DNA of 64,000 nucleotides from Dehalococcoidia bacterium (GCA_965207025.1 OZ242258.1:858841-922840); one strand, 5' to 3'; numbered from the stretch's first letter, positions 35,052 to 45,011 are shown. Numbers and translations are program-made. The notes: generated from the sequence alone by a model not told the origin.

Positions 35052-36387
35052 ACAAGTTCGCGGATTGGCCGCCGCCGATTCCGTCCTCACCCGCATCGAC
35101 CCGCTGGACCTATCCTCGCTTCCCGACGCTGCGTTACAGCGCACCCGGGATCTGTTCGGTCCTGAAGCTACTCCGGAGTCGTCGGTGCTACAGATGCTGC
35201 GCGACGTTCGCGCTGAGGGTGACTCCGCTGTCCGCCGTTACGCCAGCCTGCTGGATGACGCGGACCTGGACGAACTGCAAGTCCCCGCGGCGGAACTCGA
35301 AGCAGCCTGGCAATCGACGCCCGACGACCTGAAACACGCTCTGGAATTGGCCGCCGAGCGGATCACGAGATTTCACGAGGCGACCCTGCCCCGTGATTGG
35401 GTTGATCTGGGGGACGGCCTGGGCGAGTTGGTGCGTCCCCTGGAGCGCGTCGGACTCTACGCGCCCGGAGGCACGGCCGCGTACCCGTCCACTGTGCTGA
35501 TGACCGCGATTCCGGCGCGGGTGGCCGGCGTCAAGGAAGTCGCCCTTGCTACGCCTCGCCGTGGCAGCGAGCCGCTCAACGCTATCGTCCTGGCTGCCGC
35601 CCGCATTGCCGGCGTGGACGCTGTGTACCAGGTTGGCGGGGTTCCCGCAATCGGTGCGCTCGCCTACGGCACCGAGAGCATACCCAGGGTCGATAAAATC
35701 TGCGGTCCCGGCAACGTTTTCGTCGCCTACGCCAAGCGCATGGTGCAGGGGCAGGTTGACATCGATGGCGTCTTCGGCCCCACCGAGACCATTGTGCTGG
35801 CCGACGAGACCGCCAACCCGGTTTTCTGCGCCGCCGACCTCATCGCCCAGGCTGAACATGATCCCATGGCCTCGGCCATCCTGGTGACCGATTCGAGTGA
35901 CCTCGTCAATGCCATCGAGTCAGAACTTGAGGCGCAAATCTCCTCGAATCCGCGGGCGGATACGATCCGCCACTCCCTGGAACGCCAGGGTTGCATTGTC
36001 ATGGTGGACGATTTTGACGAAGCCATTGCAGTCGCAAACCGGATTGCCCCCGAGCACCTCTGCCTCATGGTAGCGGACCCGTGGGCGTGGGCCGGGCACA
36101 TCAAAAACGCCGGCGGCTTGTTCCTCGGCGAGTTTTCGCCTGAAGTAATGGGCGATTACATCGCCGGCCCGTCGCACGTGATGCCCACCGGCGGAACGGC
36201 GCGCTTCAGTTCCGCCCTCAGTGTCCACCATTTCGTGCGAACCATGCCCGTGGTCGGCCTGAGCCCGCAGCGTTTCTCGGCATTGGGCTCCGCTGCCGTT
36301 CGCATCGCCGAGGCGGAGGGCCTGCCCGGCCATGCCGGAGCGGTTCAGGCGCGCCTTGATCACCTGGCTGCAACCCAAACCCGCTAG
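35041..36387 (+). CDS. hisD: histidinol dehydrogenase
   Basis: VRAEGDSAVRRY, CGPGNVFVAYAKR, AQAEHD and APEHL blocks. GTG start. Confidence 0.92.
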   Translation: MQLKQVRGLAAADSVLTRIDPLDLSSLPDAALQRTRDLFGPEATPESSVLQMLRDVRAEGDSAVRRYASLLDDADLDELQVPAAELEAAWQSTPDDLKHALELAAERITRFHEATLPRDWVDLGDGLGELVRPLERVGLYAPGGTAAYPSTVLMTAIPARVAGVKEVALATPRRGSEPLNAIVLAAARIAGVDAVYQVGGVPAIGALAYGTESIPRVDKICGPGNVFVAYAKRMVQGQVDIDGVFGPTETIVLADETANPVFCAADLIAQAEHDPMASAILVTDSSDLVNAIESELEAQISSNPRADTIRHSLERQGCIVMVDDFDEAIAVANRIAPEHLCLMVADPWAWAGHIKNAGGLFLGEFSPEVMGDYIAGPSHVMPTGGTARFSSALSVHHFVRTMPVVGLSPQRFSALGSAAVRIAEAEGLPGHAGAVQARLDHLAATQTR

Positions 36388-36441
36388 TATCACCGTAGGT
36401 GCAACCCCTGTGATTGCCCAGCCCGACGCCAGGATTGTCCG

Positions 36442-37539
36442 ATGATGACTAATATTGAAGAACTCCTGCTGCCGCACATCAGCCGCCTGAAGACCTACCA
36501 GGGCGTATCTCCCAGCGAGACTTTGGCCGAAGAAGCCGGCGTCCCATTGGATCAGGTTATTCGCTTGAACGGCAACGAGAATCCCTATGGACCGTCGCCG
36601 CAGGTAGCGGAAGCCCTCGGCGCCTTCCGCGACTACAACCACTACCCGGACCCCGACCAACGCCGTCTGCGCGCCGCTTTGTCCGAATACCTCGGCGTTC
36701 CTGAGGCCAACATCGTGGCCGGCAACGGCAGTGATGAAATCATCGACCTGCTGATGCGCATGTTCCTGGCTCTGGGCGACGAAATCATCATCCCCGTGCC
36801 AACTTTCGGGATGTATTCGTTCTCCGCTGACGTCGCCGGCGCCAATGCCGTTTCCGTCCCGCGCGACGAAAATTTCGACATCGACATCGAAGCTATCAAA
36901 GGCGCAATCTCCCCTCGAACCAAGGCTATCTTCTTCCCCAGCCCCAACAATCCAACGGGAAATCTCGTCACTGAAGCGCAAGCCCGCGCTCTGTTGGACA
37001 CCGGCCTTTTGGTGGTAGCGGATGAAGCTTACTACGATTTCTGCGGGCAGACCTTGATGCACCTGCTGCCCGAATACCGGAACCTGGTGGTCCTCCGCAC
37101 CTTCAGCAAATGGGCTGGGCTTGCCGGCCTCCGCATTGGCGCCGGCGCCATGGACCCGGAACTCGCTGCCACCATGATGGGTGTCAAACCGCCGTACAAC
37201 GTCAACCTGGCCGCTGAGGTCGCTTTGTTGGCATCTCTGGCCGACACTCGTAATTTGCTGGAGCGCGTGGATGCCATCGTGGAGGAACGGGCCCGCATGT
37301 ACCGGTTGCTCTGCGAGATACCGGGTATCGCCGTTTGGCCGTCGCAGGCCAACTTCATCCTGTGTAAAATGCCCGATGGACGGGGCCGTGAGGTGTATGA
37401 AGCGATGTGCCGACGGGGGGTTTTCCTGCGGTACTTCGATAACGATCTCCTCCGGGATTACATCCGTTCCAGCGTTGGCAAACCGGAAGAAACCGATGCC
37501 GTGGTATCAGGATTCCGCGAAATTCTCGGAGCGAACTGA
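36442..37539 (+). CDS. hisC: histidinol-phosphate aminotransferase
   Basis: LNGNENPYGPSP, NPNNPTG and TFSKWAGLAGLRIG (PLP lysine) motifs. Confidence 0.92.
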   Translation: MMTNIEELLLPHISRLKTYQGVSPSETLAEEAGVPLDQVIRLNGNENPYGPSPQVAEALGAFRDYNHYPDPDQRRLRAALSEYLGVPEANIVAGNGSDEIIDLLMRMFLALGDEIIIPVPTFGMYSFSADVAGANAVSVPRDENFDIDIEAIKGAISPRTKAIFFPSPNNPTGNLVTEAQARALLDTGLLVVADEAYYDFCGQTLMHLLPEYRNLVVLRTFSKWAGLAGLRIGAGAMDPELAATMMGVKPPYNVNLAAEVALLASLADTRNLLERVDAIVEERARMYRLLCEIPGIAVWPSQANFILCKMPDGRGREVYEAMCRRGVFLRYFDNDLLRDYIRSSVGKPEETDAVVSGFREILGAN

Positions 37540-37541
37540 CC

Positions 37542-38159
37542 ATGGCGACGCCGCCTGCCGGGGCAGTCCGCGCCGCCACTTTGGAGCGCGAAACCGCCGA
37601 AACCAGCATCTCCGTCTCCGTTGACCTTGATGGCGCCGGACAATACGTCGTCGATACCGGCAACGGTTTCCTGGACCACATGGTCAGCCAAATCGCCCGC
37701 CACGGCCTTTTCGACATCGAGCTCCGGGCCCAGGGCGATACCCACGTCGGTTGGCATCACTTGGTGGAAGACACGGCCATCATGCTGGGCCGCGCTTTCG
37801 GACAAGCCCTCGGGGAACCTCGGGGAATCCGTCGCATGGGCCACGCCATCGTCCCACTGGATGAAACCCTGGTGATGGTAGCCGTCGATTGGAGCGGACG
37901 CCCCTACGCATCGGTTGAAACCACCTTGAACGACTCCATGGTGGAAACGCTGTCGGGCGACCTCATTGCCCATTTTCTTGAATCCTTCGCCATCGAGGCG
38001 AGAATCAATCTGCACGCCAGGGTTATGGCGGGAGTAAGCCCCCACCACAAAGCCGAGGCGCTGTGCAAGGCCCTTGCCCGGGCCCTGCGCGACGCCGTCG
38101 AGCCGGACCCTCGAGCCATCGGTCAGGTCCCCAGTACCAAGGGGACTCTGGACGGCTAG
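37542..38159 (+). CDS. hisB: imidazoleglycerol-phosphate dehydratase (monofunctional, no phosphatase domain)
   Basis: RETAETSISV, GFLDHM, HHLVEDT and HHKAEA motifs. At 205 aa there is no HAD domain. Confidence 0.92.
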   Translation: MATPPAGAVRAATLERETAETSISVSVDLDGAGQYVVDTGNGFLDHMVSQIARHGLFDIELRAQGDTHVGWHHLVEDTAIMLGRAFGQALGEPRGIRRMGHAIVPLDETLVMVAVDWSGRPYASVETTLNDSMVETLSGDLIAHFLESFAIEARINLHARVMAGVSPHHKAEALCKALARALRDAVEPDPRAIGQVPSTKGTLDG

Positions 38160-38311
38160 CGCATCCGGCAACCCTTTGCGGTACCGCCTGCGCCCGGCTG
38201 TCTGCTGCGGCGTCTTCCTTGAGGCTTCGGCTGGGCGCGGAACTCGCCGGCTGCCAACTGCCCGCTGATTTTCTGTACAATGGGGAAAGGTAACGTTCTC
38301 AGGAGTAAAGC

Positions 38312-38707
38312 ATGCCGATAGTCCAGAACAACATCAACCGCGTCAACCGGATGATTGAAAACATCCTGGATCAACCGATAGTGATCCGAGTGATGTCGCC
38401 AATGCAGCCCATCGCTAACACGCTCACCACGCGTTATCTGGACTACGCAATGCCCACAGCGGACCGGGGGGTGATCACCCGTCCCGTTTCATACACGATA
38501 GTGAATTCCCGAGGCGAGATCTCATGGCACGGCGATACCGCATTGCTTGCGCAACGGCCTGAGCGCCGCCGCAAGAATGTTCAGATACCCCCAATTCCAC
38601 GTAAGCCGATTTCATATTCGGTGGTCGATTCAAGCGGTCAGATCGCATGGGAAGGGGACACCGATCTGCTGCCGTTGCACTTGCAACGCCGTAGGCAGCA
38701 AGATTAA
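38312..38707 (+). CDS. hypothetical protein with an internal tandem duplication
   Basis: SD AGGAG sits 7 nt before the ATG. Two repeats of about 33 aa: RPVSYTIVNSRGEISWHGDTALLAQRPERRR and KPISYSVVDSSGQIAWEGDTDLLPLHLQRRR. A hairpin lies at its end. Confidence 0.6.
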   Translation: MPIVQNNINRVNRMIENILDQPIVIRVMSPMQPIANTLTTRYLDYAMPTADRGVITRPVSYTIVNSRGEISWHGDTALLAQRPERRRKNVQIPPIPRKPISYSVVDSSGQIAWEGDTDLLPLHLQRRRQQD

Positions 38708-38740
38708 AAAGAAGACCCTCCAGAACTTTCGGAGGGTCTT
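38705..38740 (-). terminator. intrinsic terminator of the enoyl-CoA hydratase gene (the hairpin is shared with the convergent + gene)
   Basis: GAAGACCCTCC (38710-38720) pairs with GGAGGGTCTTC (38730-38740). The T-tract is on the minus strand (plus-strand AAAAA at 38705-38709). Confidence 0.7.
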
Positions 38741-38763
38741 CGTTAGCGCACGATTCGCGGGGT

Positions 38764-39624
38764 TTACCCGCTGCGCACCGGTCGCCCCCGGCGCGCCAGG
38801 AAATCGGGGAACGCTTCTTCCGCCAGAGTCCCGCGCAGCACGTTGGTGGTGAAATCTCTTTCGTTGGCCCACTGTTGTTCCAGCGACTCACCCATGTGCT
38901 CCAGCAGCAGGCGCTTGATACCTATCACCGAGGGCACGTCGTTGGTGGCAATCTGCGTCGCCACCTCCATCGTCTTTTCCCGCAGACGATAAGCCGGAAC
39001 CAAGTGATTCAACAGCCCGATGCGATACGCTTCTTCCGCCTCCACGATCCGCGCCGTAAACAGCAACTCTTTGGCCTGGGGCCAACCCACCTGGTTCACC
39101 AGCGTCCAGGTCGAATTGATCCGGCCGTAGGCGGCCGCCAGGAATCGAAAGCGGGCTGCATCCGAGCCGATCCGGATGTCCAATGAAGACGACAACACGG
39201 CTCCACCGCCGTAAGCCAGCCCGTTAATCATGCCAATCACCGGCTTAGCCGAGGCGCTCACCTCGTAGCTGCCCCTTTGTCGTCTCGCGGACTGCGAGTC
39301 CATGTCATCGCGCGTCAAAGTCCCGGCGTTCAATGCCGCCTGGTCTTCGCGCTGCTGGTGAATGTCGCCACCGGCGGTGAAAGCCGGCACGCGGGGGTGC
39401 GTGTCCGCCCCGGTGATCACGATGCAGCCGATGTCCGGGTCTTCGTTGGCGGCGCTGACGGCGTCGTGCAACTCACCGGTGAGTTGCCGGTTCATCGCAT
39501 TCAACACTTCGGGACGGTTCATCGTCAGGAACGCGACATAGCCGACCTTCTCGCGCCGCCGTTCTCCGCTGCCCTCAAACCGCGAAACCCGTTCTTTGTC
39601 GTACAGGATGTACTGGTAATCCAT
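38764..39624 (-). CDS. enoyl-CoA hydratase/isomerase (crotonase) family protein
   Basis: VAFLTMNRPEVLNAMN and INGLAYGGG blocks. ATG at 39624. Confidence 0.85.
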   Translation of the reverse strand: MDYQYILYDKERVSRFEGSGERRREKVGYVAFLTMNRPEVLNAMNRQLTGELHDAVSAANEDPDIGCIVITGADTHPRVPAFTAGGDIHQQREDQAALNAGTLTRDDMDSQSARRQRGSYEVSASAKPVIGMINGLAYGGGAVLSSSLDIRIGSDAARFRFLAAAYGRINSTWTLVNQVGWPQAKELLFTARIVEAEEAYRIGLLNHLVPAYRLREKTMEVATQIATNDVPSVIGIKRLLLEHMGESLEQQWANERDFTTNVLRGTLAEEAFPDFLARRGRPVRSG

Positions 39625-39772
39625 CGAAATTCGCGCTCCTCTTGATATCCGAATTGTCCGCATTGTATTGGTACTGCCCTGCTACCGTCAAACCGAGAGC
39701 GCCACGGCCGGGGTCCCGCTCAAAATTGACATATCGTGCGTTCGGGCCGATGATGAAACCAGGTGACCAGTC

Positions 39773-41191
39773 ATGCGAGTACGCAAGCCAAATTCCCTGA
39801 TTCTCCTGCTCTGCTCGATACTCGTGTGCGTTGGCCTGTTCGGAGCGTTCTTGCGCCACTACCCCGTTGAGGCCGAAGCCCCTGCGGTGTTCCGCCTCCG
39901 GATCGAAGACACTATCAATCCGATCAAGTCGCGCGTAATCGCCCGTGCCGTGGCCGCCGCTATTGAGGCCGACGCGCAACTGTTGGTCATTGAACTTGAC
40001 ACCCCGGGCGGCTTGTACGACAGCACGCGCGAAATCGTCGAGACCCTGCTGGAATCCGATGTCCCAGTGGCCGTCTTTGTTTCCCCGCGTGGCGCCCAGG
40101 CCGGATCTGCGGGCACATTCATCACCGCGGCCGGACATATCGCCGCCATGGCTCCCGGCTCTAATATCGGCGCCGCGACGCCCGTTTCCGGCAGCGGCGA
40201 GGACATCGGCGAAACCCTGGCCGACAAGGTCACCAACGACGCGGCGGCGCTGATCCGGTCCATCGCCGAGGAGCGGGGCAGAAACCCCGACCCTCTGGAG
40301 CAAACTGTTCGCACCGCCGCGTCTTACTCCGCCACCGAAGCGTTGCAGGCCAACATAATTGACCTGCTGGCCGATGACCTACCCGACTTGCTCACACAGT
40401 TGGATGGCCGGACCGTAGTCACCGTCTCCGGCGAACGTACCCTGGAGTTGGCGGACTACGACCTCCAATCGGTCGAGATGCAGTGGCGAGAGAAGTTTGT
40501 CGATTTCATTGCCAACCCCAACATTGCCTTCCTTCTTATCAGTCTGGGTAGCCTGGGCCTGGTGTTCGAGCTAATGACTCCAGGAACCATTGGACCGGGT
40601 ATTGCCGGTATCATCTGTCTGGGCTTGGGATTCCTGGCATTGGGCAACCTGCCGTTCAACTGGGCCGGAATTGCCTTCATTGTTCTGGCCGTCGTCCTTG
40701 CCGTACTGGAGATTTTCGTGTCCGGCTTCGGCGCGTTGGGTATTGGCGCGGTAGTCAGCCTGATTATCGGCGGCGTACTGCTGTTCGGCAGCTTCGGTGG
40801 CGGTGAAGTACCAGTGAACTTCCCTGACGTGTCCGTAAGTCTCTGGGTGCTGGTCGGCGTGGGTGGCTTTCTTGCTCTCATCGCCGGCTATTTCGCCTAC
40901 GAAGCCATCTCATCTCGGGTGCTGGGACGCCGCGCCGTGGTGGCCGGAGGCGAGTTGTCCGACAGCGACGGTCGCAGCTCCACCGGGCATCTTCTGGGGC
41001 AAACCGGGCGCGTGACGAGGGTGTTGGATCCCAGGGGAATAGTGAACCTCGGTGATGAAACATGGTCCGCCGTCAGCCAAGATGGATCTACTATCCGGGA
41101 GGGCAGTCAAATCCGCGTGATTGCAGTCAGCGGTCTGTTGCTCACCGTCGAATCCGTCGCTTCCCCGCCGGCCGTGGAAGGACAGGAATGA
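39773..41191 (+). CDS. NfeD-family membrane-bound ClpP-class serine protease
   Basis: N-terminal TM segment, a ClpP-like domain (LDTPGG, GAQAGSAGTFI), multiple TM segments, and a C-terminal NfeD OB-like domain. It is followed by an SPFH gene. Confidence 0.82.
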   Translation: MRVRKPNSLILLLCSILVCVGLFGAFLRHYPVEAEAPAVFRLRIEDTINPIKSRVIARAVAAAIEADAQLLVIELDTPGGLYDSTREIVETLLESDVPVAVFVSPRGAQAGSAGTFITAAGHIAAMAPGSNIGAATPVSGSGEDIGETLADKVTNDAAALIRSIAEERGRNPDPLEQTVRTAASYSATEALQANIIDLLADDLPDLLTQLDGRTVVTVSGERTLELADYDLQSVEMQWREKFVDFIANPNIAFLLISLGSLGLVFELMTPGTIGPGIAGIICLGLGFLALGNLPFNWAGIAFIVLAVVLAVLEIFVSGFGALGIGAVVSLIIGGVLLFGSFGGGEVPVNFPDVSVSLWVLVGVGGFLALIAGYFAYEAISSRVLGRRAVVAGGELSDSDGRSSTGHLLGQTGRVTRVLDPRGIVNLGDETWSAVSQDGSTIREGSQIRVIAVSGLLLTVESVASPPAVEGQE

Positions 41192-41246
41192 TGATAAGAT
41201 TATCCTTGAACCACCCCTCGAAAACAGCCAATAAGGAGGCTTGAAC

Positions 41247-42164
41247 ATGGCCAGCGGGCTGATAGTTGTCCAACAGTACCAACGAATGGTCGTCCAGCGT
41301 TTCGGCACCTACATTGGGTCCAGGCGCCCCGGCCTCCATTTCCTGATCCCGGTCCTCTACAGTGGCACCAAAGTTGATCTGCGAGAACGCGTAACTCGTG
41401 TGCCCACCCAAAAATACATTACCGCCGACAACGTGGTGGTGGACATGGACTTTGTCATCTACTACCGCGTTATGGAGGACGCCGTTGATCGCGCCGTGCT
41501 TGAAGTGCAGAACTTCGAGGCCGCTGTGATCAATCTGGCTTTCGCTACCCTTCGCTCCGTCATCGGCGCAATGGACCTGGCGACCACGCTGTCCGAGCGG
41601 GAGCGAATCCGCGACGACGTGCAGGTCCGCATGGACGAGGTGACCGAGCGCTGGGGCGTCAAGGTATCTCAGGTCGAAATCAACGAGGTGGACCCGCCTC
41701 CGGGCGTCAAGGCGGCCATGGAGCGGCAGAAATCGGCCGACGCCATCCGCACCGCTGAAATCACTGAATCCGAGGGACAAAGGCAGGCTGCGATTAACCT
41801 GGCCGAGGGTGAGCGCCAATCCGCGATCTTGAGGGCCCAGGGTCAGCGCGAGTCCGAAATCCTGCAAGCCGAGGGCGACCAGCAGGCCACCGTCCTGCGC
41901 GCCGAGGGTTTCAGTACCGCTCTGGAACGCATCTACAACGTCGCCAGCACCGTTGACGCTCGAACCATGAGTCTCCAGTATTTCGATACGCTCAAGTCGC
42001 TGGGCAGCAGCCCGTCCACCAAGTTCATTTTCCCCATGGAGTTCACCTCCATGCTATCGCCCTTCCTGGGCATGGGCAGCATGAACCAGCAGGACGGCGG
42101 CAACAACGCCAACCGGGGTAGCCAAACGAACGGCACAAACGAGGACGGAGATAGCCGCAACTGA
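41247..42164 (+). CDS. SPFH/band 7 (stomatin-like) protein
   Basis: VVQQYQRMVVQRFGTY...TQKYITADNVVVDMD...RWGVKVSQVEI, and an Ala/Glu/Gln-rich coiled coil. SD AAGGAGG is upstream. Confidence 0.88.
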   Translation: MASGLIVVQQYQRMVVQRFGTYIGSRRPGLHFLIPVLYSGTKVDLRERVTRVPTQKYITADNVVVDMDFVIYYRVMEDAVDRAVLEVQNFEAAVINLAFATLRSVIGAMDLATTLSERERIRDDVQVRMDEVTERWGVKVSQVEINEVDPPPGVKAAMERQKSADAIRTAEITESEGQRQAAINLAEGERQSAILRAQGQRESEILQAEGDQQATVLRAEGFSTALERIYNVASTVDARTMSLQYFDTLKSLGSSPSTKFIFPMEFTSMLSPFLGMGSMNQQDGGNNANRGSQTNGTNEDGDSRN

Positions 42165-42194
42165 TGGCTGTAATGTGCCGCGCTAAAAAGTGGA

Positions 42195-42224
42195 GGGGCA
42201 ACCATAGCGGTTGCCCCAGATTTT
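42195..42224. terminator. bidirectional terminator hairpin
   Basis: GGGGCAACC (42195-42203) pairs with GGTTGCCCC (42209-42217), followed by AGATTTT. It lies between convergent genes. Confidence 0.6.
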
Positions 42225-42228
42225 AGTC

Positions 42229-43197
42229 TCAGCGGTTTCCGGTTAATACCTGCTGCAACCCAACATCATCATCCAGCAGGCGCATCGCCTCGGCGTATGG
42301 CTCGGCGGCCTTGCCTTCGATGTCTTTCAGCAGGTTGCCCAGGCTAGCGTGGTCAGCCAGCCGTGTGGTGATGCGCCGATGCAGTTCTTCCTGCACCGTT
42401 TCCAGGAACTCCGTGCGTCGTCGCCCAGCGCGCCGTTCTTGTAGCCCGCCGCTGTCTGTCAGATACGACCGATGCGCGCCGACACTGTCCCACAACTCGG
42501 CGATGCCTACGTTGGCGTAAGCCTGCGTCAGTAGCACTTGCGGATTCCACCCGTCGCTCAGGTCCGCCATCTGGAGCGTCCCCACGACAGCCGTAGCCAA
42601 CTGGTTGGCTCCGTCCCGGTCGGCTTTGTTGATGACATAAAGGTCGGCAATCTCCATGACGCCGGCCTTGAGCGTTTGTATCGAGTCGCCGGATTCGGGC
42701 GTCATCGTCACCACCACCGAGTCGGCCACACCCATGATTCCCAACTCGGTCTGGCCCACCCCCACCGTTTCCACCAGCACCACGTCTTTGCCGGCGGCGT
42801 CCAACGCGCGCACCATGCTCTTGACGATGCGGGGCAGCCCGCCGGATTGTCCCCGCGTGGCGACGCTGCGGATGAAAACGCCTTCGTCCAGGTAGTGCCG
42901 CTGCATCCGGATCCTATCCCCTAGCAGCGCGCCGCCAGTGAATGGGCTGGTGGGGTCAACCGCCAGGATGCCGACGGTGAGTCCTTGGGCGCGCAGGTGC
43001 TCGGCGAGCCGATCCACCAGCGTGCTCTTGCCAACCCCAGGCGGCCCGGTGATGCCTACGGTGTACGCGTTCCCGGTGTGCGGGTCCAGTTGTTCCATCA
43101 CCGAGCCTGCCTCCGGACTCCCCCGCTCCAGGAGGGTCAACGCTCGGGAGAGCGCCCGGAGTTCGCCCATCAGGACGCGGTCGGCCAAGTCGTTCAT
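42229..43197 (-). CDS. meaB: methylmalonyl-CoA mutase-associated GTPase MeaB/ArgK
   Basis: GITGPPGVGKSTL, VETVGVGQ and INKAD motifs. Confidence 0.88.
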   Translation of the reverse strand: MNDLADRVLMGELRALSRALTLLERGSPEAGSVMEQLDPHTGNAYTVGITGPPGVGKSTLVDRLAEHLRAQGLTVGILAVDPTSPFTGGALLGDRIRMQRHYLDEGVFIRSVATRGQSGGLPRIVKSMVRALDAAGKDVVLVETVGVGQTELGIMGVADSVVVTMTPESGDSIQTLKAGVMEIADLYVINKADRDGANQLATAVVGTLQMADLSDGWNPQVLLTQAYANVGIAELWDSVGAHRSYLTDSGGLQERRAGRRRTEFLETVQEELHRRITTRLADHASLGNLLKDIEGKAAEPYAEAMRLLDDDVGLQQVLTGNR

Positions 43198-43246
43198 CTA
43201 TCCAAGTGAACCAGGGGTCTGGAGTGCAGTTGAACCTTGCCTAAGA

Positions 43247-43711
43247 TCAGGCGTGGCCTTCGGTCCCGTTGGCGCCGTTGCTGAAATTGGGCAGCCGCTC
43301 GCCCGTGTCTGGATCTATTCCGTTGCGCAACAGGCGTTCACGATATGCTGCCGCTTGAGTTTGAAATTCCGCCCGCGCTTCAGCGTAAGCTTCAGCGTAA
43401 GCTTCAGCATAAGCTTTGGCAGCGGCTTTGGCAGGACGCTCTTTCCACCAATCCCAAGCTAGTCCGATTGTCATGGAAACCACACCTCCGGTGAATTCGA
43501 TCAAATAGGCCAACGCTATGCCTTGCCACAGATATGGTCTGGCATGACCCAGAATATTGACAACCGTATGTTGAAGTCCGTTACCACAGCCGTCTCGGCT
43601 ACATACCGCCAATGCTGCGAGAAGATAGGTTAGCAACAGACCGAGAGCGACTACCCTGGTCAACTCCCGCCGAACTTTACCCAGCACTATGAATATTGAC
43701 GGATCTATCAT
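43247..43711 (-). CDS. hypothetical membrane protein with a C-terminal (AYAE)n repeat
   Basis: Three hydrophobic segments followed by AKAAAKAYAEAYAEAYAEARAEF. ATG at 43711 (the alternative TTG is at 43726). Confidence 0.5.
   Translation of the reverse strand: MIDPSIFIVLGKVRRELTRVVALGLLLTYLLAALAVCSRDGCGNGLQHTVVNILGHARPYLWQGIALAYLIEFTGGVVSMTIGLAWDWWKERPAKAAAKAYAEAYAEAYAEARAEFQTQAAAYRERLLRNGIDPDTGERLPNFSNGANGTEGHA
43387..43446. repeat. 12-nt tandem repeats inside a CDS
   Basis: GCTTCAGCGTAA x2 plus GCTTCAGCATAA (43387-43422), then GCTTTGGCAGCG and GCTTTGGCAGGA (43423-43446). Confidence 0.85.
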
Positions 43712-43775
43712 AACGCCGTAGTGCAAGGTAATTGTATCATCCGGGACACGATGGGAGATTTGGGCATCCTAGACA

Positions 43776-44549
43776 TCAAGAGCGCAAATCCGCAAGGAAC
43801 CGGCCGGCGCTCTGGCGGATAAAGTCCTGCACGTTGACCGACATCAGATGCACGCCGCGCTCGGCGAACTGTCGGAACCGAGCTACGTTGTCCACCGTCA
43901 TGCCGGCTCCGGCAACCCCAATGATCTTGCCCTCGGCCAGCGTCCCTTCTATCACCTGTGTTATCGCGGCGTCCACGTCGGATTGCGGTGGCATTCCCAT
44001 GGCTTGCGTCAGGTCGCTGCTTCCTACCAGGATGGCGTCCACTCCGTCCACACTGGCGATTTCGCGGACATTCGCTACGGCCTCCGGCGTTTCAACCATG
44101 CAGATCACCAGGGTCTCCCGATTTGCTGCATCGTAGTACTCTGCCGGCGGGAGTCCGCTGCCCAGACGGTTGGTGCGTCCGCCGGTAGCGCTGCTGCGGT
44201 CGCCCATCGGGTAGTAGTGCGACGCCTGGGCCACCGCCACCGCCTCGGCGCGGTTGTTGATGTGCGGAACAATCAGCCCCTGTGCGCCCCGGTCGAGAAA
44301 ACGCAGCAGTGTGGAAGGCTCGGCGTTGGGTACCCGCACCACCGGCGTGATATCGTGCAACTCCGCCGCGCGGATCATGTTCTCCGACTCAGAATCGTTG
44401 GACGACCCATGTTCGCAGTCGATCCAGACCCAGTCGAATCCCAGGACCCCGCAGAGCTCTACCAGTATCGGGGCATAAAAGTTAACGCTGCCTCCCACGG
44501 CAATCTCTCCGGCGAGCAGCTTGGCTTTGGCGCGATTAGTGCGGACCAT
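43776..44549 (-). CDS. HpcH/HpaI-family aldolase
   Basis: FDWVWIDCEHGS and the VRVP block. The ATG at 44549 has AGGAG 8 nt upstream (a longer ORF runs to 44594). Confidence 0.82.
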   Translation of the reverse strand: MVRTNRAKAKLLAGEIAVGGSVNFYAPILVELCGVLGFDWVWIDCEHGSSNDSESENMIRAAELHDITPVVRVPNAEPSTLLRFLDRGAQGLIVPHINNRAEAVAVAQASHYYPMGDRSSATGGRTNRLGSGLPPAEYYDAANRETLVICMVETPEAVANVREIASVDGVDAILVGSSDLTQAMGMPPQSDVDAAITQVIEGTLAEGKIIGVAGAGMTVDNVARFRQFAERGVHLMSVNVQDFIRQSAGRFLADLRS

Positions 44550-44621
44550 AACGGGTACTCCTGATTGGTGTAGCAGGGGCGAATAATCATTCACCCCTGC
44601 GGTTGTAATGTCGTCTGTTTT

Positions 44622-45011
44622 GGAGAAAGCCGGGCGGCCTGTAAGCCGGGTTCTGTATCCGCCTGGTGGCGGACGGTGACCATCTATCTAGCCCTAGCGT
44701 TGCCACTGGGGTCAAGCAGCCAACCCGGGAACGGGCCGGACGCCCATGGTTCCCCTATTTGGCCTTGCTCCAGGTGGGGTTTGGCCGCCGGCGCGTCACC
44801 GCACTCGGCCGGGCGCTCTTACCGCCCGATTTCACCCTTGCCGCAGCTGCTGGGCAGTAACGGCGGTATGTTTCTGTGCCACTTTCCGTCCCCTCGACGC
44901 GAACGCCTCGGAGCCTGGGAGTTACCCAGCACCCTGTCCGGTGGAGCCCGGACTTTCCTCCCCGAGACCCTTCGGCCTCGCGGCGGCCACCCGGCCGGCC
45001 CGGCATTCTCC
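44622..45011 (-). ncRNA. rnpB: RNase P RNA, bacterial type A
   Basis: The reverse complement of 44943-44961 is GGAGGAAAGTCCGGGCTCC. The reverse complement of 44642-44656 is ACAGAACCCGGCTTA. P1 pairs GGAGAAUGCCGGGCCGGCC (5' end) with GGCCGCCCGGCUUUCUCC (3' end). Confidence 0.93.

Noticed and set aside
38475-38891. The 138-aa minus-strand ORF overlapping the 131-aa plus-strand ORF.
   Set aside because: The plus-strand ORF has an SD, an internal protein-level duplication and a following hairpin. The minus ORF has no SD, looks low-complexity, and overlaps the 3' end of the crotonase gene.
42229-43197. MeaB GTPase without a neighbouring methylmalonyl-CoA mutase, considered as an anomaly.
   Set aside because: Mutase genes are often encoded elsewhere. 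Nothing in the sequence itself is unusual.
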